This document shows, piece after piece, positions 63,599 to 64,000 of a DNA stretch of 64,000 nt. How positions within the stretch are numbered: the stretch's first letter is position 1; the number at the start of each line of letters is the position of its first letter. The notes beneath the pieces are model-generated. The model searched no databases, was not told where the DNA came from, and worked only from the letters and a program-made list of their open reading frames with translations. The stretch comes from Nitrospirota bacterium. Lineage in GTDB: Bacteria; Nitrospirota; UBA9217. The DNA lies in assembly GCA_963845065.1 (NCBI GenBank), contig CAWJQQ010000008.1:1-64000 (forward strand). The letters are read 5' to 3'. Both the position numbers and the translations under genes were made by a program.

Positions 63599-63720
63599 TG
63601 TTTATGAAGTTAGAACCTCCTTCCTGAATCAAATGATATTTTCATTCAAATCTATTTGAAGTTTTTTAGTCAACTGTGCTTCCTGTACTTCGCAAAGGTT
63701 ACATTTTTTGAGAATTGTAT
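63599..63720 (+). repeat. Dispersed non-coding repeat, copy D
   Basis: TTTGAAGTTTTTTAGTCAACTGT...GTTACATTTTTTGAGAATTGTA aligns with copy C TTTGAAGTTTTCAGTCAATTGT...GTTGCATCTTTTGAAAAATGTA. Confidence 0.65.
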
Positions 63721-63919
63721 AATAAACGCCTTAAAAAATGTAAATTCTTCATTTTGGTCATAAGGTAGGATAGAATGCCAAATTTGCTGACCTACCCACG
63801 GTTTAGTAGCCGAGAGTTCACCTTCGCTCTTTATCTTCCAATGCAGCTTGTTTTCCGATATAATCTCGTTTAAGCTATATTCCGTTTTCAGTGTTTAGAT
63901 ACTGTAAACAGGAGGATGC

Positions 63920-64000
63920 ATGAAAGACAAGGACAAATCCTCTCAAAAGAAGAAGAGCTCCAAGGAGGCGACTGATGCCAAGCGGCTCAGGTCAAAAGGT
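63920..64000 (+). CDS. Partial Lys-rich ORF running off the window
   Basis: AGGAGG RBS, MKDKDKSSQKKKSSKEATDAKRLRSKG... Confidence 0.6.
   Translation, partial: MKDKDKSSQKKKSSKEATDAKRLRSKG

Noticed and set aside
51499..63720. Integron attC array or CRISPR as explanation of the repeats
   Set aside because: No RYYYAAC/GTTRRRY boxes at gene ends, no intI or cas genes, repeats not regularly interspaced
45979..64000. Prophage or integrase at tmRNA
   Set aside because: No integrase, phage structural genes or duplicated tmRNA 3' end in the window

Overview
A 64 kb bacterial chromosome window; gene content (Re-citrate synthase-type enzyme, SgmX-like TPR protein, several sigma-54 promoters, yggS-proC-yggT-divIVA-yggU) suggests Nitrospirota or a Desulfobacterota-like lineage, which is inference only. 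1-26.4 kb is a patchy accessory region: malate synthase, transporters, LPS-modifying glycosyltransferases, trxB, a KimA-like K+ transporter, intact kdpDE and decayed kdpB/kdpC flanking an intact porin. 26.4-46 kb is core genome (glnA, glnB, def, fmt, rsmB, rpe, radical SAM, pgeF, yggS, proC, divIVA) ending in tmRNA. After tmRNA lies a mosaic island-like region containing: an AtoE/acetoacetate-CoA ligase module followed by an OsmC-family gene with an in-frame UGA at the catalytic Cys and a SECIS-like hairpin (probable selenoprotein, split by the ORF track); a 3523 bp TGT...ACA DDE transposon with a 5 bp target duplication that interrupts a sigma-54 activator; a divergent sigma-54 promoter upstream of two small signal-peptide proteins each built from three NG(I/V)TxF-type repeats that I cannot assign to a family; and a dispersed non-coding repeat lying about 300 bp upstream of four unrelated genes. 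All family assignments come from motif recognition, not database searches.
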